A stretch of 63,709 bases of DNA, the filler included, from Atractiella rhizophila (lineage: Eukaryota): NCBI GenBank assembly GCA_021432655.1. It is 8 parts of 5 records of this genome, joined end to end, with 100 filler letters (N's around TTAATTAATTAA, not from the genome) between each part and the next. Parts side by side here need not be neighbours in the genome. Positions count along the whole stretch, not along the records: positions 27,045 to 39,460 come from MU271348.1; 7 more parts are not named here. The stretch is one strand, 5' to 3'. The notes under the pieces are model-generated. The model ran no database searches and was not told where the DNA came from. It saw nothing but the letters and a program-made list of their open reading frames with translations. The position numbers and the translations under genes are program-made. Positions 27,045 to 39,560 of the stretch are shown here, in pieces (position 1 is the stretch's first letter; each line of letters opens with the position of its first letter).

Positions 27045-29416
27045 GCGGAGGATTCCTCAACAATTCCAAGACCATAACGCTCACCAGTATGCATCGCCGC
27101 AACTGGGGCAGGTCCCCAAAGATCACAATCGATTCGTTCGCCTTTGGCATACGAATTCGACGCAGTAATCACTCGATTCGGACAAGCCTTCGACTTCCCA
27201 GCAGCACAAGATATGCATGGGCCCAACTTTGTTGAATTGCAGTCAAAACCCGTCACCCACTTCCCAGTACACAGCTCATGCCATCTCTTAGAACCTATAT
27301 GGCCGAAACGCGCGTGCCAGGTCTTAGCAGTCGTAGCTACGAGTGCAGATGCATGAGCCGTGTACTCCTTTGCAGGTAAGGAAGGGGCACTTGCCTCCAG
27401 CTCGATTTGTCGTTCTCCAAAACTGGCCATCCCAAAGTGAACACCATTTTCGCGTCGAAAAAGCAATCGATCACGAGTGTTGGTAAATCTGATGCCACGC
27501 TTCATAAGATCCAGTTGGGATATGAGAGTGACGCCGAGGCCAGGGACGTAAAGGCCAGTACCGAAATCCGCTTGATAAACTTGGCGACCGCTGACGTCTT
27601 CGAGCAGAGGGCAGACTCTGCCAGCGTGTGTCGCAAAACCACCGCTCCCGAAAGCACCACCAACGAATACTGGAGGGTGTATAAGTCGTAGGTCTTGAAA
27701 GAGATCAGGAGAGCCAGACATGGGTACGGTTGCAGCGGAGTCCACGAAAGTCGAGATGGATATGGTATCAACACCAGGTACATCACGGTTAAAGAATCGG
27801 TGAGCACCGTCGGGAATTTTAGCGTCGTAATCGGTAAAAGGAGGAGCTGGAGGAGTCGATCGAGGGTTGGAATCATTTCCAAAAGAAAAGGAAGAAGGAG
27901 AAGAAGCAGCAGCGACATTAGCCGCAACATCAACGGGAAGGCGCTTGTCAACAACGCAAGCAGGCGAGTCCAAAGAAGAAAGCAAGAAAGTGGGCAATTT
28001 GTACGAATCAAAAGTTTGTCGATAAAGAGAAGTACTGTGAAAGTTCGTAGGCATGGAACGTAATTTATAAGAAGAATCAACGGAAAATGCAGAAGACATA
28101 GAACTGGCAGAACAAACGGAAGGAGAAACAAAGAAAGCAGAATGGCGGGAAGTGGTGGGAGACGGGGTCCGGGTCGGTTCAGTTTGCTGATCTTGAAGGA
28201 ATTCGAACGCGATGTACTGTTCGTCAGTGCACGTCGCAAGGGTCTCTTCGAGAGAAGCTTCCCCATCTTGAGCATACACCGCCCGGGATAGGAAGTGGGG
28301 AGTCGAATCCGGAACTGGTTCATCAAAGGTATAGCCTGGGATGTATAAGGGGTGGTGGATGTGAGATCGCTCGATGGAAGGGATAGGAACATCCCATCGA
28401 CGTTGCTCATAGGCAGCCTGAACGTAAGATGGCCAATACGCATTATCCCCTTCGAAAATGGGGTGGCCATCCATGTCCCCATCATAACTTCCATCTGGTC
28501 CAGGATTGATAGGATCCCGAGAGGATGGGGGAAGTCTAGTGCTGGTAAGAAAAGCAGAAGCCATGGTATCAGACGCGACACCAGCAACGAGTCTCTGATT
28601 TGGGGTACTGAAATAAAACGGTGCCACATTCGTCCTAATCGTGATGCCCATCTGCCTGAAAGCAGCTACCCTCGCCTCTTCTCGTGCCTTCGGCGTGGTC
28701 GGAACTGGGCATGCTCGAGACAAGTGTCCCATCCGCAGGCAATAAATGCATTGGTCAGGCACGACCACAAAGTGTCCCGAGGGGGAAATGGTACCAGGCC
28801 AATTTTTGACATTGTCGTAATCCCATGCCCATGATCCAAAAGCGTCTCGATCAGGGTTGGAGAAGACCCTGCGAGTAAAACGTGGATATCGCTCAGACAC
28901 AATCCCCTTCGGAGGTCGTACACTATACGTGTCCATGGCGCGTTCACCCACCGGCCTGAGGTCGTGTTGGATGATCTGGGTACGGGACCGGGACGGAGTG
29001 ACTGGATCAATCCTAGGCATTGGAGGGGTTGCAGACATCTGAGGAGAAGACCTTGGAACATATGAACGATGCATCGGAGAAGGTGGAGGACGAGATCGAA
29101 AATCTTGACGGAACGGGCCAGAGGGACGAAAACGAGGTCGGGAAGAAAATCTCTGATCGTAGCCTCGGTCCGCCACAACTGGGTAAGCTCCAGCACCACC
29201 ATCGTTGTCCATCACCGCAGAGTATACCTCTGCACTCTGAGCCCGGAGCATTCGATCCTCCATGACCCCTCTCACTTCCCGAGCACGCCCTGCATCCTTG
29301 AGCCTTTCAAAGCATTCATTGAGGTTGTCCCTGGTGACCTTGTTCGGGTCCAGAGCAATATCACGCCACGTCGACTCGAGAGAGTTGACAAAAATTATAA
29401 AACGAACAGGTTCGGA
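27045..29416 (-). mobile_element. Ty1/copia LTR retrotransposon gag-pol (gag, zinc knuckle, protease, GAG-pre-integrase, integrase start); both ends in gaps
   Basis: CIYCLRMGHLSRAC (CCHC knuckle), FVDSAATVPMSG (aspartic protease), WHARFGHIG...CISCAAGK and GERIDCDLWGP (integrase). Integrase directly after protease is the copia order. Confidence 0.9.
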
Positions 29417-30251
29417 NNNNNNNNNNNNNNNNNNNNNNNNNNNNNNNNNNNNNNNNNNNNNNNNNNNNNNNNNNNNNNNNNNNNNNNNNNNNNNNNNNNN
29501 NNNNNNNNNNNNNNNNNNNNNNNNNNNNNNNNNNNNNNNNNNNNNNNNNNNNNNNNNNNNNNNNNNNNNNNNNNNNNNNNNNNNNNNNNNNNNNNNNNNN
29601 NNNNNNNNNNNNNNNNNNNNNNNNNNNNNNNNNNNNNNNNNNNNNNNNNNNNNNNNNNNNNNNNNNNNNNNNNNNNNNNNNNNNNNNNNNNNNNNNNNNN
29701 NNNNNNNNNNNNNNNNNNNNNNNNNNNNNNNNNNNNNNNNNNNNNNNNNNNNNNNNNNNNNNNNNNNNNNNNNNNNNNNNNNNNNNNNNNNNNNNNNNNN
29801 NNNNNNNNNNNNNNNNNNNNNNNNNNNNNNNNNNNNNNNNNNNNNNNNNNNNNNNNNNNNNNNNNNNNNNNNNNNNNNNNNNNNNNNNNNNNNNNNNNNN
29901 NNNNNNNNNNNNNNNNNNNNNNNNNNNNNNNNNNNNNNNNNNNNNNNNNNNNNNNNNNNNNNNNNNNNNNNNNNNNNNNNNNNNNNNNNNNNNNNNNNNN
30001 NNNNNNNNNNNNNNNNNNNNNNNNNNNNNNNNNNNNNNNNNNNNNNNNNNNNNNNNNNNNNNNNNNNNNNNNNNNNNNNNNNNNNNNNNNNNNNNNNNNT
30101 CCAGCATACGCATTTAGTTTTCGTTTTTGCCAACTTCTCCTCTACCATTGATAAGTTTACGGCAAGAGACACTCTCTATACCGAGAGTAATCCGTGAGTC
30201 GTACGAAAGCCACGAAGATGTTCAACGCGCAATCCCAATCCCAGAACGGAA

Positions 30252-30368
30252 GACCTAGGTGTCGCAAAACTGGTGGTAGAAACACATGCGACACCTAGGT
30301 CCATACATCACAAGAAACGTAACATGTGTCACAAAACTGGTGGTAGAAGCACATGCGACACCTAGGTC
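30252..30368. repeat. Perfect 15-bp inverted repeat with 20-nt loop, plus a second degenerate direct copy
   Basis: gacctaggtgtcgca (30252-30266) and tgcgacacctaggtc (30287-30301). The unit is repeated at 30326-30368. Confidence 0.9.
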
Positions 30369-32247
30369 TAGGCCGAGCAAGGTTGTACCATCGCTCTCAG
30401 ACCATTAAGTTGTAGGTGTTCACAGTTGTGAGGAGGTAGTCGGAATAATCAGTGTTCAGGTTAGTCAAAATAGTCTTTAAGGTAGTCAATATAGTTAAAA
30501 ATGTAGAAGCAGGACAGATACAGGTTGTTAGCTGATGGGTGGGGTGAACTAGACATCTCGGTTTGGGTAGATTGGCTCATCGGCGCTTCAACGAAGTCGA
30601 CGTGAAGGAGGTACGCAACCTCTTCATCCATTCGAAAATACCTGAGTTCGTTGTTCAAGTTCTGCCTTTGGTTTAGAAAGCATTCACCTAAGTAATTGCT
30701 TGTAATAATGTGTAATTAGTATCCAATATTGCAACTGAAAGCCCACAGAAAGTGTTCATGTTATAGGAGGCGGATGCGGTTTCAATTAGAGGGATCAACA
30801 GTTTGTCCTCTTCATGAAACACATCCCATGTCGGCCGAAGCGCTTCTACACTTTGCTGAAGTTGACAGCATTAGCGAATCAAGTTCAGGACCTTGGGGGA
30901 ACACCCACTCAAAAACAGGTGCCCAAGCAAGGTCCTTCAATATACTCTTCACTTTCTGTCTTGTAGAATTCGAGTTGAAATAAGAGATTAGCGAGTTGAA
31001 GCGCTAATGAGATATGAGACGGTCAATGTCAGAGACCGATGACTTACTGAGAAGGCTTCGACGTTAAGTGCCGCACATGGTTTCGTCCTAAACATAAATC
31101 ATTAATCAAAATACAGATATCCAGCACTCGTAATTTCCATTTCGCTGTCTCTCCCAGTTGAGATTCTCATTGAGATTCTAGCTCAAGAAAAGCTGCTGGT
31201 CGCGCACAAGCCTGATCAGCGCATTCAAAATTGATACATGGCTTGGAGCCAGCAGAGCAAAGTGGAGCCTTCGCCTTCATGATAGCACGTTCACGCTAAG
31301 GTAGCATTCCACTATTGTTGGCATATATATTCGGCAATGTAGGGAACCTCAACCTAGTGAGCCAGATGATGCAGCTCCGCATTGCGTACTTGAATTTGTA
31401 TTAGCACTTCGGGAGCGTGCTGTAAATTTCAATTTTTTTTTAACATTAACGTCAACCTGAGCGTAACATGGTGTAAATTCTTCATATACTGCGAACTTCT
31501 TGTTTGCAGATCGCCGCTCGGAAAAGGACTGCCTTTACTTTACGGGTAGTTGCTGACGATTTCATTCCACGTAATCCAAAACGCTCAAGGATGAAAGAGC
31601 AGGGACATTGCTAGCGCAGGCCTGGCGAAACACTCGCAGGTGTGTCACACAGACAGCAACGCTGCCAATGCATCTTTCAGTGTCTACAATCCAAGCTCCG
31701 AACATAGCTCAATAGTCACGCTAACTCACCTCTCTGTTACTGTAAGGGGTTCCTCAGGCGTGTGCATGGGCTCAGCGCCATTCCCTTTCATCAGTAAAAT
31801 GTCTTTTCTCCTCAATTCGCCGCCTGGAGGGGCGAGGAGGCATCCGAGGGAGCTGAGGGAAACCCCCCAGATAGGAGGCACGCGCCAGGAATCTAGAGGC
31901 CCCTGGAGGCGGGCACTAGGAATCCATTCGCCTCCTGGAGGGACGCGGATTCAGCGGTCCTCCTTCGCCTCCATGCCCCCAGCAGCCTCCATGGTCCTCC
32001 TCGAACACATGTTGACTCCTCCGGGCGACATAAAGCCTGGGTGGAGGCTTTGCCAAACTGTATCCTCCTTTTCCGTTTCTTGCTTCGCTTTCGCGCTTTT
32101 TGACTGCTAGGAAAGATACAATAAAATGTTATATACCTAATGATCATATACAAGCGATTCTATGTACAAGTTGCACCGCTCTATGCCAATACTTGACAAG
32201 AAAGCGAGTGAGAATGTTGAATATGCGCAAGAATGAATGGCGTACTT

Positions 32248-34252
32248 TTAATCCTCTTCGCTACCCTCCGCCGCATCACTCTCCATCGTGTAGTAATCCT
32301 CCCAATCCGGCTCTCCTTCCTCCTTTCGATCCCAGCCTCCTTTCGACATGGCAAACTCATACAACTGGCCCCGAATGACGTCCACATCTTTGCGCTCGTC
32401 AATTGTTTTCCGAAGAGCCGTGCACCTCTTTGCCCAACTACTCGTCATTGCCGGAAGTTTACGTCCTGGCCCAGTGCCATCCTTCCAGTCTTCAAGACCT
32501 TTCTCGATCTAGTAGAACATTTGAGAACAGATCCTTCAAAGTTAAATAACATACCGCGTTAGCCGTGAATGCAATAAGAGATGTAGGAACCTTGCGCTGC
32601 TGGTGTTGAAACGGATTGCGGAGATCGTATTCGGGAAGTTTACAAGCAAGGTCCACAAGTCCACCGCGTTGATAGAAAACCGCAATCTGATCCTTCAGCA
32701 ACAATGCTCTGAAGCCGCCTGTTTTTCGCCCTGTTTCATTCTGACACCTAGTTGGCATTTGCAACATGAGAACACTGAGGAGCAACATACATCAATCTTC
32801 TCATAAAGGTACCGCTTCTGATCCAAGCACGAGTTCACCCGCTGGCGGATTTTCTGGGCAGACCCTTCAAGGTTGTACACGTCCGGTACTCGACGCCTGC
32901 AGGAAGCGATGTATGTACTTCGCGTCTTCGTCAAAAGTTCTGTGATCTTTCATCCCATTTAGTGGAAAGTAGACTACCAGCGGAAACCAATTTATCTTAC
33001 AGTTCTGCGCTCCAGTTTCTTAAATGCAGGCAGGTTTCGGTTCCTACACCACACATCAACCCAACGGAGGATGGTCTCGTTCGTAGCCCAAGGATTCTCC
33101 GTCCACAGTCGAGTTCGAAGGTAGATCATAAGCAAGTCGTATGATGTATCTTCTAAACCGTCCTTGAATGCACGCTCCGCAATAACGGCCCGTAGACCAT
33201 CAGCCTTGAGACGCTTGCGTCCGTCGAAGAGGGAAGGATCTGTAACCTCTGTTGGCACTGCCTTGCCACCAGTATCACAGGGCAGAGTTAAGGGGTGGTC
33301 TTGACGTTGAGCACGCTTGCGTCGAGGAGAGGTTGGAGGGCTAGTGAATGAATGAATCCGTAGAGCTTCATCTTCATGTTCCTCCTCCACCTAGGGAGAT
33401 ATCAGTAAATGGCAGGAGGTACAGAAAGAGAACATACTCGTTCTCTTTCCTTTTCGCGTTGCCGGATTTGCTGTAAATTTCATCACCAAGCGTCATTGTG
33501 AAAGCATCATAAGAAACGGACCTCGGAGGCATGAAGCAGGTCATTGACAAAGTCTCCAGGCACTTTTCCACTTCGACGAGCGACTGGCAATGATTGAATG
33601 TGTGTGGTGAAGGAGAGCTAGAGAGCAATCAAAATTCTACTTCAAAGGAACAAGCAGAACACACTTGGCTTTTGGGCCGGCTGACTGTCCAATCATACCC
33701 AACATGCTTACATCCTTAACTTCAAGCGTAAATTAAGAAAGGACGCACCATCACAGATGCCATTTTCATCTTTATCACTCCTGTTCTCCATTTCTATCTG
33801 TCCGTCCAGTTCCTCCTCCAGTTCATCATCTCCAAAAAGTCCACTCGCACCTGCTCCAAGATTTGACACGCTGTTTGGTTGAGGTTGTAAAAAGTAAGGG
33901 TCTTGCGTCACTGTCCCAAAAACCAAATGATCATAAAAAATTGATAGACAAGAGTGAAGAACAGACGTTGAGGAGGATACCAGCTGCGAGAATGTTCCAC
34001 AGCTCCATGGGACTCACGCAGGCTGTTCCATTGGTCATGTGGCACGGTTTGCATACCAGCGGGGTATTGATGGTTGATAGGAGGAAAATTGCGGACATAC
34101 TGTTCCTGAGACGATGTCGGGGGAGGCTGAAGTTCGGGAAGATTGTGAATGCGGGTAGCAGAAGAAGCAGCAGAGGCGTTCTTTTTCATACCTTCGTGAA
34201 ATCTCGTCTTTCGTGTGAAGCTTGAAGTGTTCAGAGTCTGTGATTGGCTCAT
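32248..34252 (-). CDS. Second, multi-exon gene inside the Plavaka element (possibly DUF6532-like accessory protein)
   Basis: Chain of co-oriented exons: LMIYLRTRLWTENPWATNETILRW; ITELLTKTRSTYIASCRRRVPDVYNL; KVPTSLIAFTANA; acidic C-terminus. The family call is tentative. Confidence 0.55.
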
Positions 34253-34897
34253 CTCGTAATGAATATGTTCGTAAACACACGTTGCAAGTTGTTAGTCGTG
34301 AAATGGTTCAAAGGATTGCTTGTCGTCATTTTGAGGCGACGCCACCTTGGAAAACAACTTTCGTCGGCAAAGGCGGCCAGAAAAGGCACTTTTAACAACA
34401 ACACCGCAATACAAAACTTGAACCCACGATCTCTGCTACAATGACCACTGCTGCTCAAGGTAGTTAGAACATGAGGAAGGTGTGGCTGCAAGGGAGTGAA
34501 TTGGAATTGGCGGAGGGAAGACGGAGAACTTCAGTTAAAGAACGATAAGGGCTTCCCAAGCCTTTGTTAGTATCCATCGTCTTGATTGACAACAGGAAAG
34601 GAGGATGGTTCTTAGGGTGAACAGCATGATTTATGTATATTCTTTGACCTAACAATGGTCACGTAATGGTATGACGCTTCTCTCAACACCAGTATGATTG
34701 TGTAGGAAGGAAGGTCCAGCTAGATTAGGTAGCTTGCGGATTTGACTTATGAGCAAAAGTCTCTAAGACAGTCCGGGGGAGGTTGTACCTCATTCATAAT
34801 GTGTGAACAGTCCAGAGCCTTCATGCAATACCGGGCACGCAGGCTCAATATACTGGAGGACAAAGCACAAGTCCAAGTGCACTGTACATTGCAACAA

Positions 34898-37800
34898 TCA
34901 AAAGACAGTTGAGAACATATGCAGATCAGCATAAGTGTTGATAAAAAAGTGATCATAGTAATCCAGCACATCACAACGACGAAGGTCGGCAGGTGTCTCC
35001 CTCTCGAAACAAGGAATGAGAGGGCATGGGCGGATAAGAATGTTAAGAGATATGACGGAGGTAGCCACCTTTCTGTCTGTTCCGCGCTTCTTTTTGATCT
35101 TGAACAGTCCCGTGTTCTCATCGGCTTCACTACCTCCCTCTTTCTCATACCACTCCACAAAAGCTACTTGGTCTTTGATTCCCCCCAAGTTCAGCTCGAA
35201 GATGAGCTTGACGCGACAGACTGACATCCCATCGTAACCGTCAGCTGCATGTGCCGATTTGTCTGCCACCAGAGCAGCGTCGTAGCGAGGAGTAGAGATG
35301 GGAGAATCGTCTTGATATGTATCGTCATCTCGAGCTCTCCAGTTAGGATTACAGCGGAGGATTGACTGGACGTAAGGATACTCGTCGTTCTGCATCTTGT
35401 CTGGCAAGTGAGGCTCAGGATAGCGAAATGTAAGACTGTAGAAATAAGGGACGGGGTCATGGTATTGACTTCCCGCTAAGTCGGAATCCTTGAGACGACG
35501 ATGGTGAGATGTATTGGGATTGTAACGGTAATAGATGTACCGCTGGACATCTGCTGAAAGATTTGTCAAGTCTGTGCGTGATTCCTGAAGTTCCTCTAGC
35601 GTCCTGACTCCACCTTGTACTGTGTTGCATGTCAGTGCAAGGCTGCAGTGATATTAAAGTGAACACTGACCATGTTTTGCTGGCAATGTCCATTGTGTAC
35701 GATTCTTGAAGAGGACATGGATGGGGGATCTGACTTTCCGACCTCGTCGCAGAGTGCTGAGGTCCTGCAAGCTATGTTCTCCTCGTAGTCCAAGGTAGCT
35801 TGCAATTGCACGAACTTGGTATTTCCTATCAGCAGCACGGCACAACTGCTCTTCCACGCGGTGCTTGCTTCCATGTCCATAAGGCTCTTTGATGAATTCA
35901 ATCCAAGAATGCTCTGACGTATCAGTTGTGTGTCCAACGCAGGCTCCAAACTGCCGAATGAGCTCAGGATAATGATTGCGGATATGCTTTCGTGGAAGGC
36001 AATATCCCAAAAATTTCCCAGTCTTCCCCTGCCTCACAGTATCAAACACCGTTCTAAATTGGTAGTAGCAATTGAGGTTTGTCTCGAGATCGCTAATTGT
36101 TCCCTCATCATGACGGCGGAAGTGAACGTAGTTGCCAATGTTAGCCTCTACTCGATGAGATCGTACAACATCAGGTGGTAGATCGAGATTTGGCAGACAC
36201 GCAACCAAAACCTGGTCATTTTAGATGAATCAAAGTGATTATGCTCAGAGACATTTCAGATCAGTACGAACCTTTCGAAGATCTCTAGAATCGCTTGCTG
36301 TCCACTGTGTAAAATCAAGTCCACCTCCAAAGTACCTTCCTCCTTGGAAAGGAGGAATCAGGCGCAATCTAATGAGCCTTGTTCAAACCAGCACTGAGAA
36401 GATAGAGAAACTCACCGCTTCTCTATTTCAACCTTGATTCTCAGACCTCGTGAACCTTTGTCTCGCTTCTCAATGAGAGCAAAAGTCCATTTCACAACAT
36501 GGTCAAGGTAAGGCTTGTCCACTTGGTGGAGAATATCAGGCGTTAACATTTGATGTATGTCACCTAACCACTCTTGCCCAACAAGAAAGGTCTAAACAAT
36601 TTGATGATATCATTTGTTGGGATAAAAAGCGCAATGAGACATACATTGTTATCATGAAGGCCATATTCTTTCAGTTCCTCGCTGGACATCAGGTTCCGCG
36701 CATTGGACGAATCTCTGTTATCCCTAGGAATGTCAATTCCAGCCTGACCCATCATATCACGAGGGGCCTTGCACCGAACGCATCGCCCATTTAATACAAG
36801 TGAAAAAAGAATTTGCTCCATATAATCGGCCATCCAGGAGCCAATTCTGATACAAACATTTCGCACTTGTCCATCGGGACCAAGCAAAGGAATCCCAGTT
36901 CTTGCTTCAGGTGGAAGTACTGAGAAAAAGAGTCGTAGGCACTCGTGAAAGATTTCCCGACAGTAAACGCTGAACAGATCACTTTTACGGTCCTGGTCAC
37001 TAGCTGTATGTAATGTGACTTTAAGGAGAATTGCAAAATAAGCAAAGTAGTATAGACGTACCTTGAGGAATTGGGATGAGTCCACAAAAAAGATTAGCAC
37101 CTGATTTGGAGCTTTGACGAAGTCGGTTTGAGTGATTGAGGAGGCCCATTCCAAGTGGCCAGAATTTGGCATTTCCTTTCATTGACGAAGCAATTGTCTT
37201 ATCGGAAGAGCCTTGAAGAGCAACACAAGTTGCTCCTTGAGGCAAGGTAGTCTATATCAAAGGATAGCATTAATCTACTGCCGTTATTGTTCAATGAATA
37301 CAGACCTGAGTTTCCCAAAACCATTCACCTGTAAAAGGCTCTGAATATGTGTGATTCCCCGCTGCATTGAATTCTTTATAAGGTGCATAGATTGTCTCGT
37401 GCTCGTATGCTGGATTTGCAAAGAGGGACGTGATAACCTGAGTAATGTCGCGAAACCAGAAGGTAGTATTTGTTTTCCAAGTTGGAGGAATTCGGGAAGC
37501 GTAAGGTTGACGGTCCAAAGAAATGATAGCTTTATGCCATCGGATAGGGTACATCAAGGACTGATCGAGCTTGTTGAAAATCTGATCACGATTTTGAAAA
37601 GGAGCGACTGTATGCGGGCTGAAGATGTCGAACAAGTGAAGTAAACGTCGGACGGCAGTCCCGCTCATATTCATGTCGACAATAAACCCTGCTAGTTCAG
37701 ATTCAAAGCGCGATGTAAAGGGAAAGTATGGGTTGGATGTTCTAAGCTGGCTCTGCTCTTCTTGAAGCCTGAGAAGATGTGGAGGGGTGGGAAATGTGGC

Positions 37801-38216
37801 TCCTGTACAAAGTTGAAAGTAACTTCTGAGCACAAATGGCAGAATGCTTCGGCAAGCTTACCTGCATTAGGGAAGTACTGCCTTCCCCTGCCTCCTTTTG
37901 GGATTGAAAGATGGCCCACAGCAGGTCCATTTGAATTTACTGAAGGAGAGGTGACTGGGTCATCAAATAGATACGTCTCATTTGCTGGAGAAGGAGGAGG
38001 AGCATCTATAGTGGAAACAAAATCAAGTTGAGGAGCTGTAGAGAGACTGAGTTGTCGATTATCTGATGATCGCACAGCTCGAGACCTCTCTAGGTGCTGG
38101 AGTTGTTGTTCTTCATGCTTGAGGTTGAAATGCCGGCTGAGGCTGGCAGGTTGATCAAACGTGTTTTTACAGCCAGGATATGTGCACGGATATTTCTTTC
38201 TTGAAATGAAAGGCAT
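34898..38216 (-). CDS. Plavaka transposase with N-terminal C2H2 zinc finger; multi-exon
   Basis: YPCTYPGCKNTFDQPASLSRHFNLKH; NPYFPFTS; WFRDITQVITSLFANP; YSEPFTGEWFWETQ|..LPQGATCVALQGSSDKT; GPDGQVR..WMADYMEQ..RCVRC; PDILHQ; QWTASD; PRKHIRNHYPELIRQFG..TDTSEH. Confidence 0.88.
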
Positions 38217-39560
38217 GTTTTGATCTATAACGTGATATAATATAATGTTTGAAGAAGTTCATTCCATGGTTGTTTCCCTTTTATTTTGGCTGCATACATG
38301 ACGTCATGAAGCAGGCGCTGATGCAAGAAAACTGGAGCCGGATATTGATGAAGGGAATATGAGCAGTGCTGGAGAACATGCGAGGATGGCTAAAGATCGA
38401 AGTGACAAGCTTGAATATGTTGAGGCGGACGCTTTACAGCACAATAAGTTGAACTAGGTCCGCATTCCCAAGTCGTAGGGGACCTAGCTCAATCACGTGA
38501 CTTACAACTGCCCGAGGGTAGGTACGACTTCTCCGAGTTCGGCTTGAGCCTCTTTTGGTTCAAATGCAGATTCAGCTTAGACATCATTGGAATCCCATCG
38601 AGCTTTTTAATGATAGATATACATGTTATTGCATTAGATATTAGAAATAAGTAAGGGAAAGCCGACAGGTGGTGCAAGGAGGAGACTGGAGGAAGCGGCT
38701 GATCCTGGAGGCAGCGGACCTTGAATACACGCCTCCTGGAGGAATTCAAAGCTCAACGTATGCCTCCACGAGCCTCCACAACATGATTTGAGAGACACTG
38801 GCCTCCACGGAAACTACTTCTCTCCCTGAGGATGAGCCATTTTACTGATGTTGTTGAATTTACATATATTTCAAATAGAACAAGGAGGTGCTTGAATCTG
38901 GCCACGTGGACGACGAACCGCTCCTCTGGTTCGCATCATTCCAACGTCGTTGCTCACTCTATTCGAGAGGTAACGGCATTCACTCGCACCACACACACAG
39001 CCTCTGCTGATCGTCCGACTGATTTGTCTAGGCTTTTCAAGGGCACATCCCTCTCCAGCTCAAAAATAAACATGGCAACGCCAACCCCTCAGTACATTCG
39101 CTTTCGACATCCCAAACCAGCTTCATCTCCAGATAATGACGCTGCAAAGGCTGAAATCAAAACTAATACGCGAAAACGGCCATTTGGTCTCTTTCCACCT
39201 TCTCTCACCGATATTCGGCGACCTCCTTTCTGTCCATCATTTTCTGGCGCATTCCGGATTCTCATCCTCATAAGAGTGACCGCTGCCATGTACCGTGGTA
39301 TCGCAGATTGTGACGAAGGTGCGTATTTACTCAGTGTGAACGAAGCCCGGATGGGAGTGGTGTCTCAGTGTTTCAGTACTTCGATCCACTTGCTCTGCTC
39401 AGACCTTGGACTTCTCCGTCTCAACACCCGTCACCATTCCAACCCTGGGAATACGCTCCGNNNNNNNNNNNNNNNNNNNNNNNNNNNNNNNNNNNNNNNN
39501 NNNNTTAATTAATTAANNNNNNNNNNNNNNNNNNNNNNNNNNNNNNNNNNNNNNNNNNNN

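Larger units (their letters stand above)
31789..38850 (-). mobile_element. Plavaka (CMC/EnSpm-related) DNA transposon, apparently full length, 7,062 bp
   Basis: TIRs CATCAGTAAAATG (31789-31801) and CATTTTACTGATG (38838-38850); TT on both flanks; GCCTCC/GGAGG subterminal repeats at both ends; internal Plavaka transposase. Confidence 0.85.

Noticed and set aside
31640..31788. Idea that the Plavaka element interrupts a host CDS
   Set aside because: Joining the two flanks did not give a convincing open frame.
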